Below are positions 31,549-41,756 of a stretch of 64,000 nt of DNA, piece after piece; within the stretch, counting starts at the first letter, position 1, and the number at the start of each line of letters is the position of its first letter. Both the position numbers and the translations under genes were made by a program. The notes under the pieces were generated by a model, which was not told the DNA's origin, searched no databases, and saw only the letters and a program-made list of their open reading frames with translations. Source of the stretch: Herbaspirillum sp. (lineage in GTDB: Bacteria; Pseudomonadota; Gammaproteobacteria; Burkholderiales; Burkholderiaceae_D); contig DASYEK010000116.1 in assembly GCA_036499085.1 (NCBI GenBank), positions 273 to 64,272 of the forward strand, given 5' to 3'.

Positions 31549-32586
31549 ATGACGCAAACGACGACACAAACGACGACACAAACGACAACACCAGCGATCC
31601 AGCATCAGGTACGGATCTACGAATACGGCGCGCCTTCGGTGCAGCGCTACGAGCCGATCGAGGCGCCGGTCGGCGCACCCGGCCCGGGGCAGGTGCGGCT
31701 GCGGCATGAAGCGATCGGCCTGAATTTTGTCGATACGCTGTTTCGCAGCGGGGCCATGAAGATGCCGCTGCCGTTCGGCATGGGCGTGGAAGGGGCAGGC
31801 GTGGTGGAGGCGGTCGGCGAAGGCGTCGAACATTTGCAGGCCGGCGATCGCGCGGCCTATTTCTTTGCCTTCGGCGCGTATGCCGATGCGCGCCTGGTCG
31901 ACGCCAATGTGCTGGTCAAGCTGCCGGACGATATGCCGGCATCGGTGGCCGCGTCGCTGATGGCCAAGGGCTTGACCGCGTGGGTCATGCTGAAACGGGC
32001 GCATCCGGTGCGGCGCGGTGAAATCGTGCTGGTGCACGGCGCCGCCGGCGGCGTCGGTTCCCTGGCGGCGACCTGGGCCAAATCGCTGGGCGCAGTCGTG
32101 ATCGCCACGGTCGGCACGCCTGCCAAGGCGGCCGGCGTGCGCGCCCTGGGCATCGACCATGTGCTGGAAAGCGCCGATCCGAATCTGGTGGCGAAGATCC
32201 ATGCGATTTCCGGCGGGCATGGCGTCGATGTGGTGTATGAACTGGTCGGCAAGGCGACCTTCCGGCAATCGGTGCTGGCCTTGCGCGATGGCGGCGACCT
32301 GATTCATCCGGGCAGCGCTTCGGGGGCGCCTGACGAGGCGGACAAGGAACCGCTGGCCGCGCGCGGCATCCGCTATGCGCAGCCGATTACGGGCCAGAAC
32401 ATACCGGACCGCGAAACGCTGGAAGCGGCCAGCGCGGAATTGTTTGCGGCGTGGCGCGCCGGCGTATTCGGCGCGATCGAGCCGCGGCGCTACGCCTTGT
32501 CGGATGCGGTCCGCGCACATGAAGACATCGCCGCGCGGCGCATGACGGGCGCGGCGATTCTGGTGCCGGAAGGCGCAGAGCAATGA
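31549..32586 (+). CDS. NADPH:quinone oxidoreductase (MDR/zeta-crystallin family)
   Basis: AIGLNFVD, GVEGAGVV, HGAAGGVG, VYELVG; N-terminal (TQTT)3 from a 12-nt tandem repeat. Confidence 0.9.
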   Translation: MTQTTTQTTTQTTTPAIQHQVRIYEYGAPSVQRYEPIEAPVGAPGPGQVRLRHEAIGLNFVDTLFRSGAMKMPLPFGMGVEGAGVVEAVGEGVEHLQAGDRAAYFFAFGAYADARLVDANVLVKLPDDMPASVAASLMAKGLTAWVMLKRAHPVRRGEIVLVHGAAGGVGSLAATWAKSLGAVVIATVGTPAKAAGVRALGIDHVLESADPNLVAKIHAISGGHGVDVVYELVGKATFRQSVLALRDGGDLIHPGSASGAPDEADKEPLAARGIRYAQPITGQNIPDRETLEAASAELFAAWRAGVFGAIEPRRYALSDAVRAHEDIAARRMTGAAILVPEGAEQ

Positions 32587-32760
32587 ACCATTGCCTCTAC
32601 CCGGCATGAACGGCTTTTCTTGAATTTATAAAAATTCCCGTTCGTGCCGAGTAGGCCGCAGGCCGTATCGAAGTACCACCGCCATGCGAACAAGTTTCAG
32701 TATTTGAGGGCGGTGGCGATCCGTCGATACGAGGCAGGGCAGGGAACGAAAAGCCGCGAA

Positions 32761-33915
32761 CTAGGCGCGGGCCCGCACCAGCCGCAGCCGCGTGATTTCG
32801 CTCGGCGCGCCGAAACGCACCGGCGGCCCCCAATAGCCGGTGCCGCGGCTGGTGTAGACCCACATCCTGTCGAGCAGATGCAGGCCGGCGGTGTAAGGTT
32901 GCTGAAAACGGACGAAGTGGTTCCACGGCCAGAACTGGCCGCCGTGGGTATGGCCGGAGAGTTGCAGGTCGAAGCCCGCTGCCGCCGCGGCTTTGGCCGA
33001 GCGCGGTTGATGCGCCAGCAGGATTTTCGGCGCGGCAGCCGGCGCGCCCAGCATGGCGCGCGCGGGATCGCTGGCCTGCGCCGGGTCGAAATGTCCCGCG
33101 GTGTAATCGTTCACGCCGGCCAGCACCAGTTGCGCGCCGTCATGTTCGATGACCGCATGCTCGTTCATCAGGCCTTGCAGGCCGAGCCGCCGGAATTCCT
33201 GCATCCAGGCGCCGGCGCCGGAATAGTATTCATGGTTGCCGGTAACCACATACACGCCGTGCCGCGCCTGCAATTTGGCCAGCGGCGCGGCCTGCTGCGC
33301 CAATTGCATGACGCTGCCGTCGACCACGTCGCCGGTGATGGCGACCGCATCGGCCCGCAGGCTGTTGACCTTGTCGACGATGGCCTGCACATAGCGTTTC
33401 TTGATGGTCGGCCCGATATGGATATCGCTGATCTGGACGATGGTGAAACCGGCCAGCGCGTCGGGCAGGCCGGCAAGCGGGATCTCGACGTCGACCACGC
33501 GCGCCAGGCTGCGCGCGTTGATGAAACCCGCCAGCGTCGCCAGCAAGGCGGCGGCCACTACCCATGTCGCGCTGTCGTTGCGGAAGCCGTCGGCCGGCCA
33601 GTTCGCCGGCGTCACTGCCGGCGCCACCACCAACGCCACTTCGCGCAGCAGGGTCAGCACCAGCAGCGAAGAAAACAATCCCATCGCGATAAAGCCGGCC
33701 CAGCTGAGGCGATCCGCCAATTCCTGCCGCACCTCAAGGAAGCGCGCCATCAGGCCGAGCGGAATCAGGCCGGCGGAAATGGCGAGCAGGCCGGCGCCGA
33801 GAATTTCACCCGGCGCGCCGATCGGCATCGCCGGCAACAGGCGCCAGCCGATGTAGACATGCAGCAATAAAAGGACGATCAGGATATTGGCGAAGGGCCG
33901 GGCCCTGATGGGCAT
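32761..33915 (-). CDS. Membrane-anchored metallophosphoesterase (YkuE-like)
   Basis: QISDIH, ITGDVVDG, GNHEYY, LLAHQP, LSGHTHGGQ; N-terminal TM helices. Confidence 0.92.
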   Translation of the reverse strand: MPIRARPFANILIVLLLLHVYIGWRLLPAMPIGAPGEILGAGLLAISAGLIPLGLMARFLEVRQELADRLSWAGFIAMGLFSSLLVLTLLREVALVVAPAVTPANWPADGFRNDSATWVVAAALLATLAGFINARSLARVVDVEIPLAGLPDALAGFTIVQISDIHIGPTIKKRYVQAIVDKVNSLRADAVAITGDVVDGSVMQLAQQAAPLAKLQARHGVYVVTGNHEYYSGAGAWMQEFRRLGLQGLMNEHAVIEHDGAQLVLAGVNDYTAGHFDPAQASDPARAMLGAPAAAPKILLAHQPRSAKAAAAAGFDLQLSGHTHGGQFWPWNHFVRFQQPYTAGLHLLDRMWVYTSRGTGYWGPPVRFGAPSEITRLRLVRARA

Positions 33916-34061
33916 CGTCTTTTCGTTCGTATTTGCCACGTTTTTCCTGTCATTCCTGTTGGAGACCCCTCGCGAGCCGGGCAATAAGGCGGGTCGATAC
34001 CGCCCATATTGCGCGCTTCGGCGCTTTTCCAAGGGACGTCCGGCCGTGTTCTGCGCTCATG

Positions 34062-34093
34062 AAAAAACCCGGCGCATCGTGAATGTGCCGGGC
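34062..34093 (-). terminator. Rho-independent terminator of CHRD gene
   Basis: Minus strand GCCCGGCACATTCACGATGCGCCGGGTTTTTT. Confidence 0.65.
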
Positions 34094-34143
34094 TGTTTGG
34101 GTTCCCGAATGGCAATGCCGGGTTGCGGACCTGGTTTGACGCC

Positions 34144-34593
34144 TCAGTTCGGCGGCAGGTTGGCGCGGACTTCGCCGGCCGGATGGGCCGCGCTATGCAC
34201 GTTGACATACAGGCGGCCGGCCTGGAGGGCGGCGTATTGTTCGTCGGTCAGCATGGTATTGTCCGGCGCGCTGAAGACGTTGTCGGCGGTCTTCTTGAAC
34301 GGCACGATGACCGGGCCGTTGGCGCCCGGCGTCGGCGCCATGTGGATATGGGCCATGGTCGGCACGATGCCGGTGGTGGTGATGGTGCCGCTGACCATCC
34401 TGTCGGCGCCGATCTTGACGGTGCTGATTGCGGTGGCGTTGCTGGCGACCGGCGGCACTTCCTGGGCGCCGGTCAGGGTTTGGGTCCTGGCGCCGTCCTT
34501 CATTCCCATGCCGGAACAGCCGGCGATGATCAAGGCGGCGCTGGCGAGGGCGACGGACAGGCACAGGCGCATATTCTTTTGCAGAACTTTCAT
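34144..34593 (-). CDS. CHRD-domain lipoprotein
   Basis: IAGC lipobox, LTGAQEVPPV, MAHIH, GRLYVNVHSAAHPAGEVR. Confidence 0.9.
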   Translation of the reverse strand: MKVLQKNMRLCLSVALASAALIIAGCSGMGMKDGARTQTLTGAQEVPPVASNATAISTVKIGADRMVSGTITTTGIVPTMAHIHMAPTPGANGPVIVPFKKTADNVFSAPDNTMLTDEQYAALQAGRLYVNVHSAAHPAGEVRANLPPN

Positions 34594-34711
34594 GGCGATC
34601 TCCTTGTTGTGATCGGCAGCCGGTGTCGGACGACGCCGGCGCTGCCGCTTGCTGAATGCCGAGACTGGGAATGACGGATATTTTTGTTGTGAAATGCGTG
34701 CCGGGCGTGTT

Positions 34712-35050
34712 TCAGACCGTATCGATGCCGATCGGTTCAACGTAGCGGTTCGGCTCCTTCGACGGCTGCACCATCCAGTACAGCACGATCAGCCAGCCGA
34801 TAACCGGCACCAGCGCGATCAACTGCCACCAGCCGCTGCGGTCGATATCGTGCAGCCGGCGCGCCGCCACCGCGATGCTGGGCAGGAACAGGGCGATCGA
34901 AAGCGCGACCGACCATTGCCCGGCAGCCGACATGGCCGTCGACACCAGCAGCGCGAACAGCGTCCACCACCAGTATTCCGAGCGCACGGCGCGGCCGTCG
35001 AAGACCGCATATTTCTTGAAACAGGTTTTGATCGAATCGATGAATGTCAT
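34712..35050 (-). CDS. DUF805 membrane protein
   Basis: KYAVFDGRAVRSEYWW, ARRLHDIDRSGWW. Confidence 0.92.
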   Translation of the reverse strand: MTFIDSIKTCFKKYAVFDGRAVRSEYWWWTLFALLVSTAMSAAGQWSVALSIALFLPSIAVAARRLHDIDRSGWWQLIALVPVIGWLIVLYWMVQPSKEPNRYVEPIGIDTV

Positions 35051-35105
35051 GGCGTCCCCTCTACTTGCTGCAAATGATTTTAAATGGCTGCCGCACTGCG
35101 CGGCC

Positions 35106-36176
35106 TTACTCCAACCGGTCGTGCCCGGCCGGATGCTGGCCGGTGGTAAACAGATCCCAGACCGACATGAACATCGCGGCGATCACCGGGCCGATCACGA
35201 AGCCGTTCAGGCCGAACAGCGACATGCCGCCCAGGGTCGAGATCAGCACTACGTAATCGGGCATCTGGGTGTCCTTGCCGACCAGGATCGGACGCATGAT
35301 GTTGTCCACCAGGCCGATGACGATAACGCAGAACGCGATCAGTGTGAAGCCCTTCCAGAGCACGCCGGTGGCCAGGAAATAGATCGCCACCGGACCCCAG
35401 ATCAGCGCTGCGCCGATGGCCGGCAGCAGCGACAGGAACGCCATCAGCACGCCCCACAGCAGCGAACCCTCGATGCCGAGGATCCAGAAAATCAGCCCGC
35501 CCAGCGCGCCCTGCGCGGCGGCGACGGCGATATTGCCCTTGACCGTGGCGCGGATGACGGTGGTGAATTTGCTGAACAGCAGGCGCTTGTGGGACGGCGT
35601 CAGCGGAATCGCGTGGCGGATGCGGGCCGAGAGCGCGCTGCCGTCGCGCAGCAGGAAATACAGCAGATACAGCATGATGCCGAAGCCGACCAGGAAGCTG
35701 AATGCGTTCTGGGTGATGCTGAGCGCCTGCTTGGCGATGATCTGGCTGCCTTGCACGGCACCCGCGGACAGCGTTTGCTGGATCGCGGCCAGGTCGTTCA
35801 GGCCGAAGCGCTCCAGCAATCCCACCGCCCAGTGCGGCAGGGCGGCGACGGTTTGCTGGAAATACAGGCCGAAATTGATCTGCCCGGAGCGGATCGAATC
35901 ATAGATCAGGATGGCTTCCTTGACGATGGAAATGCTGATGAAGGTCAGCGGCAGGATCACGATCACCAGCACCAGGAACAGCGTGGCCAGCGCGGCGAGG
36001 TTGCGGCGCTGGTTCATCTTCACCAGCAGCCTGCGGTAAAACGGCGCGAACAGGATCGCCAGCACCGATCCCCAGAACACCGCGCCGTAGAACGGCAGCA
36101 GGATCCAGCCGAAGGCGATGGTGACGACGATGAGCAGGGCGAGGAAGGTTTTTTCGTGTAATTGCGGTGTGTTCAT
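35106..36176 (-). CDS. AI-2E family transporter
   Basis: LLYFLLRDG, AAAQGALGG, LPAIGAAL, VDNIMRP, FGLNGFVIGP. Confidence 0.9.
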   Translation of the reverse strand: MNTPQLHEKTFLALLIVVTIAFGWILLPFYGAVFWGSVLAILFAPFYRRLLVKMNQRRNLAALATLFLVLVIVILPLTFISISIVKEAILIYDSIRSGQINFGLYFQQTVAALPHWAVGLLERFGLNDLAAIQQTLSAGAVQGSQIIAKQALSITQNAFSFLVGFGIMLYLLYFLLRDGSALSARIRHAIPLTPSHKRLLFSKFTTVIRATVKGNIAVAAAQGALGGLIFWILGIEGSLLWGVLMAFLSLLPAIGAALIWGPVAIYFLATGVLWKGFTLIAFCVIVIGLVDNIMRPILVGKDTQMPDYVVLISTLGGMSLFGLNGFVIGPVIAAMFMSVWDLFTTGQHPAGHDRLE

Positions 36177-36343
36177 AAGGTCGGGCGCGGGCGGCGGCCT
36201 GTAGGGAGTCGATTGGTAACCATGCTAACCGAAGTCGCGCCGCTTGAATGAAAAAAAGGGCGGCGCGTCGGGTGCATGGCGTCTCATGGCGCTGTCTTGC
36301 CTTGTATTGCCTGGACCGGGGGCACGCCTGCTTGCATTCCTTG

Positions 36344-37621
36344 TCAGGCTTCGAAACGAAACGGCGCATCGTCGATCGGCGGCGCGCGCCCGGCGATCTG
36401 CTCACCGAGGATGCTGGCGCTGCCGCAGGCCAGGGTCCATCCCAGCGCGCCGTGGCCGACATTGAGGTACAGGTTCGGAACCGGCGAGGCGCCGATGAGC
36501 GGCACGCCGGTCGGCGTCGCGGGACGGAAGCCGGCCCACGGAGACAGCCGGGCCTGGTCGGACAGGCCGCCGCAGGCCGGAAACATCTCGGCCGTGCCCA
36601 TGATCAGTTCGCGCATCGCGCGCTCCGGAATGGCGCGGTCCATGCCGACCAGTTCGACCCGGCCCGCCACGCGCAAACGATCGCCCAGCCGCGCATAGAC
36701 GATCTTGCGCGACAGGTCGGTAATCGACACCTGCGGCGCCGGATCCGCTTCCGCCGGCGTCCCGGCGGCAAGCGGCACCGTGATGCTGTAGCCCTTCAGC
36801 GGATACAGCGGCAGCCGGAAGCCGGCCATGCGCGCAAAGGCCGCGCTTTCGGTGCCCAGCGCCAGCACGAAACTGTCGGCCTCGATCTCGCGCTCGCCGG
36901 CGATCACCGAGCGCAATACGCCATCCGACAGCCGCAGATTGGTCAAGCGAGTGTCGCCCAGGAATCGGAAATTCGGATCGGTCTGCATCGCCGCGACCAA
37001 GCCGCGGCAGAACGCGCCGCAGTCGCCGACGTCTTCATCGGGCGTATAGACGCCGCCGGCCCAGCGCCGCTGCGATCCGGCCAGGGCCGGTTCGATTTCC
37101 AGGCAGCGCGCCGCGCCGAGCACTTCCTGCCGGCTGCCATATTGCGCCTGGAAGGCGACTTGGGCGCGGGCGCCGTGCAGTTCACGGGTTTCGGTATACA
37201 TCACCAGTTTGCCGGCCTGGCGATGCGAGAATTCCAAGGCCGGCAAGGCAGCCGTGATTTGCTGCAGGCTGTCTCGGCTGAGCGCGGCCAGGCGCAGCAG
37301 TTCGACCGTGGTCTGGCGTGCGCGGTTGCGGTTGCTGGCGCCGAGGAAGCGCAGCAGCCAACGCCATTGCGCCGGGTCGGCCTGCAAGCGCAGCGTCAAC
37401 GGCGAATCGGCGCCGAACATATAGTGCGGCCAGTGGCTCCAGACCGACGGATCGGCCAGCGGCGCGACATAGGAATAGCTGAGCTGGGCGCCATTATTCA
37501 GGCTGGTCTGGCTGCCGGCCTCGGACATGGCGTCGAGCAGGGTTACCTGGTGGCCGTCCTGCAGCAGGCGGTAGGCCGAAGTCACGCCGATTACGCCGGC
37601 TCCCAAGACGCAGATTTGCAT
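36344..37621 (-). CDS. D-amino acid dehydrogenase (DadA-like flavoprotein)
   Basis: GAGVIG, TSLNNGAQLSY, YPLKGYS, WAGFRPATP, GHGALGWT. Confidence 0.88.
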   Translation of the reverse strand: MQICVLGAGVIGVTSAYRLLQDGHQVTLLDAMSEAGSQTSLNNGAQLSYSYVAPLADPSVWSHWPHYMFGADSPLTLRLQADPAQWRWLLRFLGASNRNRARQTTVELLRLAALSRDSLQQITAALPALEFSHRQAGKLVMYTETRELHGARAQVAFQAQYGSRQEVLGAARCLEIEPALAGSQRRWAGGVYTPDEDVGDCGAFCRGLVAAMQTDPNFRFLGDTRLTNLRLSDGVLRSVIAGEREIEADSFVLALGTESAAFARMAGFRLPLYPLKGYSITVPLAAGTPAEADPAPQVSITDLSRKIVYARLGDRLRVAGRVELVGMDRAIPERAMRELIMGTAEMFPACGGLSDQARLSPWAGFRPATPTGVPLIGASPVPNLYLNVGHGALGWTLACGSASILGEQIAGRAPPIDDAPFRFEA

Positions 37622-37747
37622 TGACTATCCCATATCAGAAGAAGATAGGGATCACTATAGGGGCTTCCCGGCGGCTTGTCTTATGCGTTTTCGGCATTCG
37701 CCCCCGGTATTCGCTGTTTCTCCGTTTTTGTTCTTATCCTGCTACAG

Positions 37748-37774
37748 GGCCCGGGCAAAGCATTTGCCCGGGCC
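37748..37774. terminator. Perfect 12-bp hairpin at left end of redox island
   Basis: GGCCCGGGCAAA-GCA-TTTGCCCGGGCC just after the stop of the minus-strand oxidoreductase. Confidence 0.55.
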
Positions 37775-37787
37775 ATGGCCTAAACCC

Positions 37788-38705
37788 TTATGGACGAACG
37801 TTGATAATTGTTTTTCCGGGGATCCGCTTGGTTGGATTGAATGCCGCGACGGCGTCATCGAGGGACGCGATATTGCCGATATTCGTGTGCAGCCGCCCGT
37901 CCCGTACCCGCTGGACGATCTCGATCAGTTGGGCACGATCGGACTCGACGACGAAGTCGATCGCGACGCCGGCCGCCGGGCGCGTTTCGACCGGCCCGAC
38001 GACGGATACCAGCGTACCTCCTGCTCGAATGAGGTCCGCCGACCGCCTCTGGATGTCGCCGCCGATGACATCGAACACCAGGTCGACTCCGCCGACATCT
38101 TCCAGGGCATCGTTGTCGAGATCGATGAATTCGTTTGCGCCGAAGTCCAATGCCTTCTGACGATCAGCGGCGCGTCCCGTCCCTATGACGTAGGCGCCGG
38201 CTTCTCGTGCGAGTTGCGTTACCATCGACCCGACCGCACCAGCCGCGCCGTGCGCGATCACGCTTTGCCCTGCCCGAAGGCGGCCGTGTTCGAACAGTCC
38301 CTGCCACGCGGTCAGTCCCGAGATCGGCAAACTCGCGCCTACCGTGAAATCGACATCGCCCGGCAGCGGCGCCAGGTTGCGCGCCTCGATCGCAATGTAT
38401 TCGGCCAGGGTGCCGTCGCGATACCAGTCCGCGAGACCGAATACCCGTTGTCCCACGGACAGACCGGTCGTGCCGTAGCCGAGAGCAGTGACCACGCCCG
38501 CCAACTCATGTCCCGGGATCGACGGCGCTCGATCACGCTCTCCTCGATCCGTCCAGGTCGAAGGCCAGGTCAATTCAGTCCCGACGAATCCCGATGCATG
38601 AATCTGAACGATGACGTCGTTTATCGCGGCCGCCGGCTCGGGCCGCTCGGCCAGCGCCATCCCGGCCGTTCCCGCCGCCTGATTTTTCACAATGATTGCC
38701 TTCAT
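37788..38705 (-). CDS. NADP-dependent oxidoreductase (MDR family)
   Basis: IPGHELAGVV, GLTAWQGLF, HGAAGAVG, DLVFDVIGG. Confidence 0.88.
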   Translation of the reverse strand: MKAIIVKNQAAGTAGMALAERPEPAAAINDVIVQIHASGFVGTELTWPSTWTDRGERDRAPSIPGHELAGVVTALGYGTTGLSVGQRVFGLADWYRDGTLAEYIAIEARNLAPLPGDVDFTVGASLPISGLTAWQGLFEHGRLRAGQSVIAHGAAGAVGSMVTQLAREAGAYVIGTGRAADRQKALDFGANEFIDLDNDALEDVGGVDLVFDVIGGDIQRRSADLIRAGGTLVSVVGPVETRPAAGVAIDFVVESDRAQLIEIVQRVRDGRLHTNIGNIASLDDAVAAFNPTKRIPGKTIINVRP

Positions 38706-38764
38706 GGGGAAAATCTCCTTTAAGTTCGGCTCAAGTGGTCGAGCCGTTATGAGAACGATGTGCT

Positions 38765-39187
38765 TTATTTTCGCGCGGCAACCGGCGCGGACAAGGTTGC
38801 CAGATAAGCGATGATATCTCGCCGCTGCGCTACGTCATCAAGGGAAAAGTACATATTGTTTCCGGGCGCCATGTCTTGCGGTCCTTGCAGCCACTTGTCA
38901 AGGCGCTCCCTTGTCCAGATTCCCCGCAGTTGCTTCAGCGCTTGCGAGTATTCGTAGCCTGGGACACTCGCCACCTTCCTGCCGACCACGCCGCGATGAA
39001 GCGGGCCGACGCGATTCGCGTCCACCGCGTGGCATCCGCCGCACTTCGCTTCGTAAAGCGACTTGCCGTCGACCGCATTTCCGATCGATTGCGCCAATGC
39101 GCCCGGAGATGCGGGCAGCATCAAGGCGGCCGCCATGCACGCCGCGGCCAGGTGGCGCAACGGCCGCTGTGTCGACGAACGGAACAT
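38765..39187 (-). CDS. Class I cytochrome c (c2-like), exported
   Basis: Signal peptide, CGGCH heme motif, GPLHRGVVGR, PGNNM distal Met. Confidence 0.88.
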   Translation of the reverse strand: MFRSSTQRPLRHLAAACMAAALMLPASPGALAQSIGNAVDGKSLYEAKCGGCHAVDANRVGPLHRGVVGRKVASVPGYEYSQALKQLRGIWTRERLDKWLQGPQDMAPGNNMYFSLDDVAQRRDIIAYLATLSAPVAARK

Positions 39188-39191
39188 CGCC

Positions 39192-39776
39192 TTAGCCGAA
39201 CAGATATGCCTTGGCCTGTATCGGTTGGCCGAGCGCGTTGTTGAGGGTGGTCCAGTGCACCGCTTCATCGGTGGCGAGTTGCCCGAACAGATGCGCCAGC
39301 TTGCGATCCTGGAGTGCGGCGATCTGGCCGGCATAGGCATTGGTCGCGCCCTGTTCGAGACGCGTCGCCAGGGCGACGACATCGCCTTCGGATTTCAGCG
39401 CCCCGAGATTGAGCGATTTGGTGTATTCGGCATCGGTCTTCGGTTTGACAGGGTTGCCGCCGGCTTTGGAGATAAGCGCCATCAGCGAATCCCGATGCTG
39501 TTGATGGTGGCCGAGAAAGATCAATGCGGTTTTCAATGTTGCCGGCGTGAGCAATCCGCTGGCGCCCGCGATCTGGTATGCCGCAATTCCCTCATGTTCC
39601 AATGCGAGCGCGCCCTGCATGATGCCGACATCCTGGGCCGGATCGGCTTTTGCGCCTGCCGATATGCCGGCCAGCGCAATGGCGCCAAAGCCGGAAGCCG
39701 CAAAGCCGGCATTACGCAAGAATATCCGCCGCGGCGCTGCAGCCTGATCGAGATTTTCAATGAGATCGTTGGTCAT
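39192..39776 (-). CDS. Tat-exported ferritin-like domain protein
   Basis: RRIFL twin-arginine signal; di-iron ligand patterns LEHE, HHQQH, LEQGA, DEAVH; AGGAG RBS. Confidence 0.8.
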   Translation of the reverse strand: MTNDLIENLDQAAAPRRIFLRNAGFAASGFGAIALAGISAGAKADPAQDVGIMQGALALEHEGIAAYQIAGASGLLTPATLKTALIFLGHHQQHRDSLMALISKAGGNPVKPKTDAEYTKSLNLGALKSEGDVVALATRLEQGATNAYAGQIAALQDRKLAHLFGQLATDEAVHWTTLNNALGQPIQAKAYLFG

Positions 39777-40053
39777 GCTTTTCTCCTGTTCGACTGGTTT
39801 TGCATGGCAAGGCCCATGCTGGTTTGATCGCTGTTCGTTCACGGACCAGTCTACGGATGCCGCTTTGCCAAGGAAAGCGGCCATGCGACGAAATGGACGA
39901 TTTGGCGTATTTAAAGGATTTCCTGTATCGACATCGGCTGGCGGCAATGCCATCTGGCATAGGATCAGGCGACGCAGCTATCGCAGCCGGTCGCCGCCTT
40001 CAAACCGCGGTTGGAGGCATCGCCCCGATGGAACAAAATCGGTTGTCGGACGT

Positions 40054-40503
40054 TCACGATTCAAACAATTTTCGATAATCCCCATAACCCTGGCTTTCCA
40101 GTTCGGCGACCGGAATAAAGCGCAGCGATGCGGAGTTGATGCAATAGCGCAAACCGCCCGCTTCCACCGGTCCGTCCGGGAAAACGTGGCCCAGATGGCT
40201 ATCGCCGTGAGTCGAACGTGCTTCCGTGCGAATCATGCCGTGCGCCGTGTCGCGTTTCTCGACCACATTCGCGGCATCGATCGGTTTGGTAAAGCTTGGC
40301 CAGCCGGAGCGGCTGTCGAATTTGTCTGTCGAGGCAAACAAGGGTTCGCCCGATACCACGTCCACATAGATGCCGGGCACCTTGTTGTCCCAATACTCGT
40401 TCTTGAAAGGCAGTTCCGTTCCATTCTGTTGCGTCACCCGATATTGTTCAGGCGAGAGGCAAGAGACCGCTTCGGGATTTTTGATGTAATCAGGCATGTT
40501 CAA
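40054..40503 (-). CDS. msrB: Peptide-methionine (R)-S-oxide reductase
   Basis: [42 protein letters not shown]; start may be 40497. Confidence 0.95.
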   Translation of the reverse strand: MNMPDYIKNPEAVSCLSPEQYRVTQQNGTELPFKNEYWDNKVPGIYVDVVSGEPLFASTDKFDSRSGWPSFTKPIDAANVVEKRDTAHGMIRTEARSTHGDSHLGHVFPDGPVEAGGLRYCINSASLRFIPVAELESQGYGDYRKLFES

Positions 40504-40592
40504 ACTCCTTCAGAGAATGATGAATTGTCGCCAGAAATGCAGGCCGGCCTATCTGAATCGGCCGCCGCGGCCTCATCGCGGCAACATCGATT

Positions 40593-41081
40593 TCAGGTCG
40601 CGGGATGGGCATTCTTCAACAATGAAATAAAGCGATCGAGATCAAGCGTGAAACCATTGTCGATTACCACATTGTCGGGATCGATCGTGACAAACCAGGG
40701 CGTGCCGCCGGTTCGGTATTCTTCGATGGTTGCGGGATGGGAATTTCCAGGCGACGCAACATCATGGCCGAAAGGGATATGCAAATGGTGGCGCGCCTGA
40801 TTGAGCGCCAGTTTGTCGGACGTATTGACATCCTGGCCTTCAAAGACGGTCTGAATTACAGCAAATCCCACGCCACGATCCTGAAAGTGGTTCAGCAACC
40901 TTTTCAACACAGGGAATCCTAACGAATGGCAGCCCGGGCACCAGTGCTGGAAAAAGAACAACACTTTGTAACCCTCGCCGAGTTCGGCCAGTTTTAATTC
41001 AGGACGTTCCTTGCCATCGGCATCGATCCAGTAAGACGCCCGCAATTCCGGCGCCTGACGGCCGATAATTCCCATTTCCAT
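40593..41081 (-). CDS. Thioredoxin-fold redoxin (TlpA/AhpC-TSA-like), cytoplasmic
   Basis: HWCPGC motif, GTPW cis-Pro loop; AAGGAGG RBS; no signal peptide. Confidence 0.85.
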   Translation of the reverse strand: MEMGIIGRQAPELRASYWIDADGKERPELKLAELGEGYKVLFFFQHWCPGCHSLGFPVLKRLLNHFQDRGVGFAVIQTVFEGQDVNTSDKLALNQARHHLHIPFGHDVASPGNSHPATIEEYRTGGTPWFVTIDPDNVVIDNGFTLDLDRFISLLKNAHPAT

Positions 41082-41095
41082 GTCGGTTTCCTCCT

Positions 41096-41623
41096 TCAAG
41101 ATTGCGCTTTGGCGGCTTTTGCGCGGCCGGGAAGCCGCCAGTTGGGTCTGATGAAGTGACACGTATAGCCGCCAGGGTGGCGTTCAAGATAATTTTGGTG
41201 TTCCGGCTCGGCCTCCCAGAATGAACCTGCGGCCGCAACCTCGGTGACGATTTTTCCTGGCCACAACCCGGAAGCCTCGACATCGGCGATGGTCTCCGCG
41301 ATGGTCTGCCTTTGTCGCTCATCTGTATAGAACAGGGCCGACCGATAGCTGCCCCCGGTATCGTTACCCTGGCGATTGCTCGTGGTTGGATCATGGATCT
41401 GGAAAAAAAATTCCAGAATCTGGCGATAACTGATGGTTTCAGGGTTGAAGGTGATTTCGATCGCTTCGGCATGCGTGCCATGATTGCGGTAGGTTGCGTT
41501 GGGCACATCGCCACCGGTATAGCCGACGCGAGTGGAAACTACTCCAGGATAGCGCCGCAATAGATCCTGCATGCCCCAGAAGCAACCTCCGGCAAGGATC
41601 GCTTTTTCAATGTCTTTCGTCAT
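41096..41623 (-). CDS. msrA: Peptide-methionine (S)-S-oxide reductase
   Basis: [40 protein letters not shown]. Confidence 0.97.
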   Translation of the reverse strand: MTKDIEKAILAGGCFWGMQDLLRRYPGVVSTRVGYTGGDVPNATYRNHGTHAEAIEITFNPETISYRQILEFFFQIHDPTTSNRQGNDTGGSYRSALFYTDERQRQTIAETIADVEASGLWPGKIVTEVAAAGSFWEAEPEHQNYLERHPGGYTCHFIRPNWRLPGRAKAAKAQS

Positions 41624-41756
41624 TTTGATATTCCTTAATGGAAAGTCTATCGGCGGAAAGGTCAGTGGATGACTATGTATCGCTCGCCTTGCGCAAGGTT
41701 GCGCATGCCATCACACGTTCGAGCCGACGCATTTGCTACAACTGCTATCGTTTTAA

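Noticed and set aside
37622-37790. Glycine riboswitch upstream of the D-amino acid dehydrogenase
   Set aside because: Only loose GGAGA/GCCGAA words; no convincing aptamer stems
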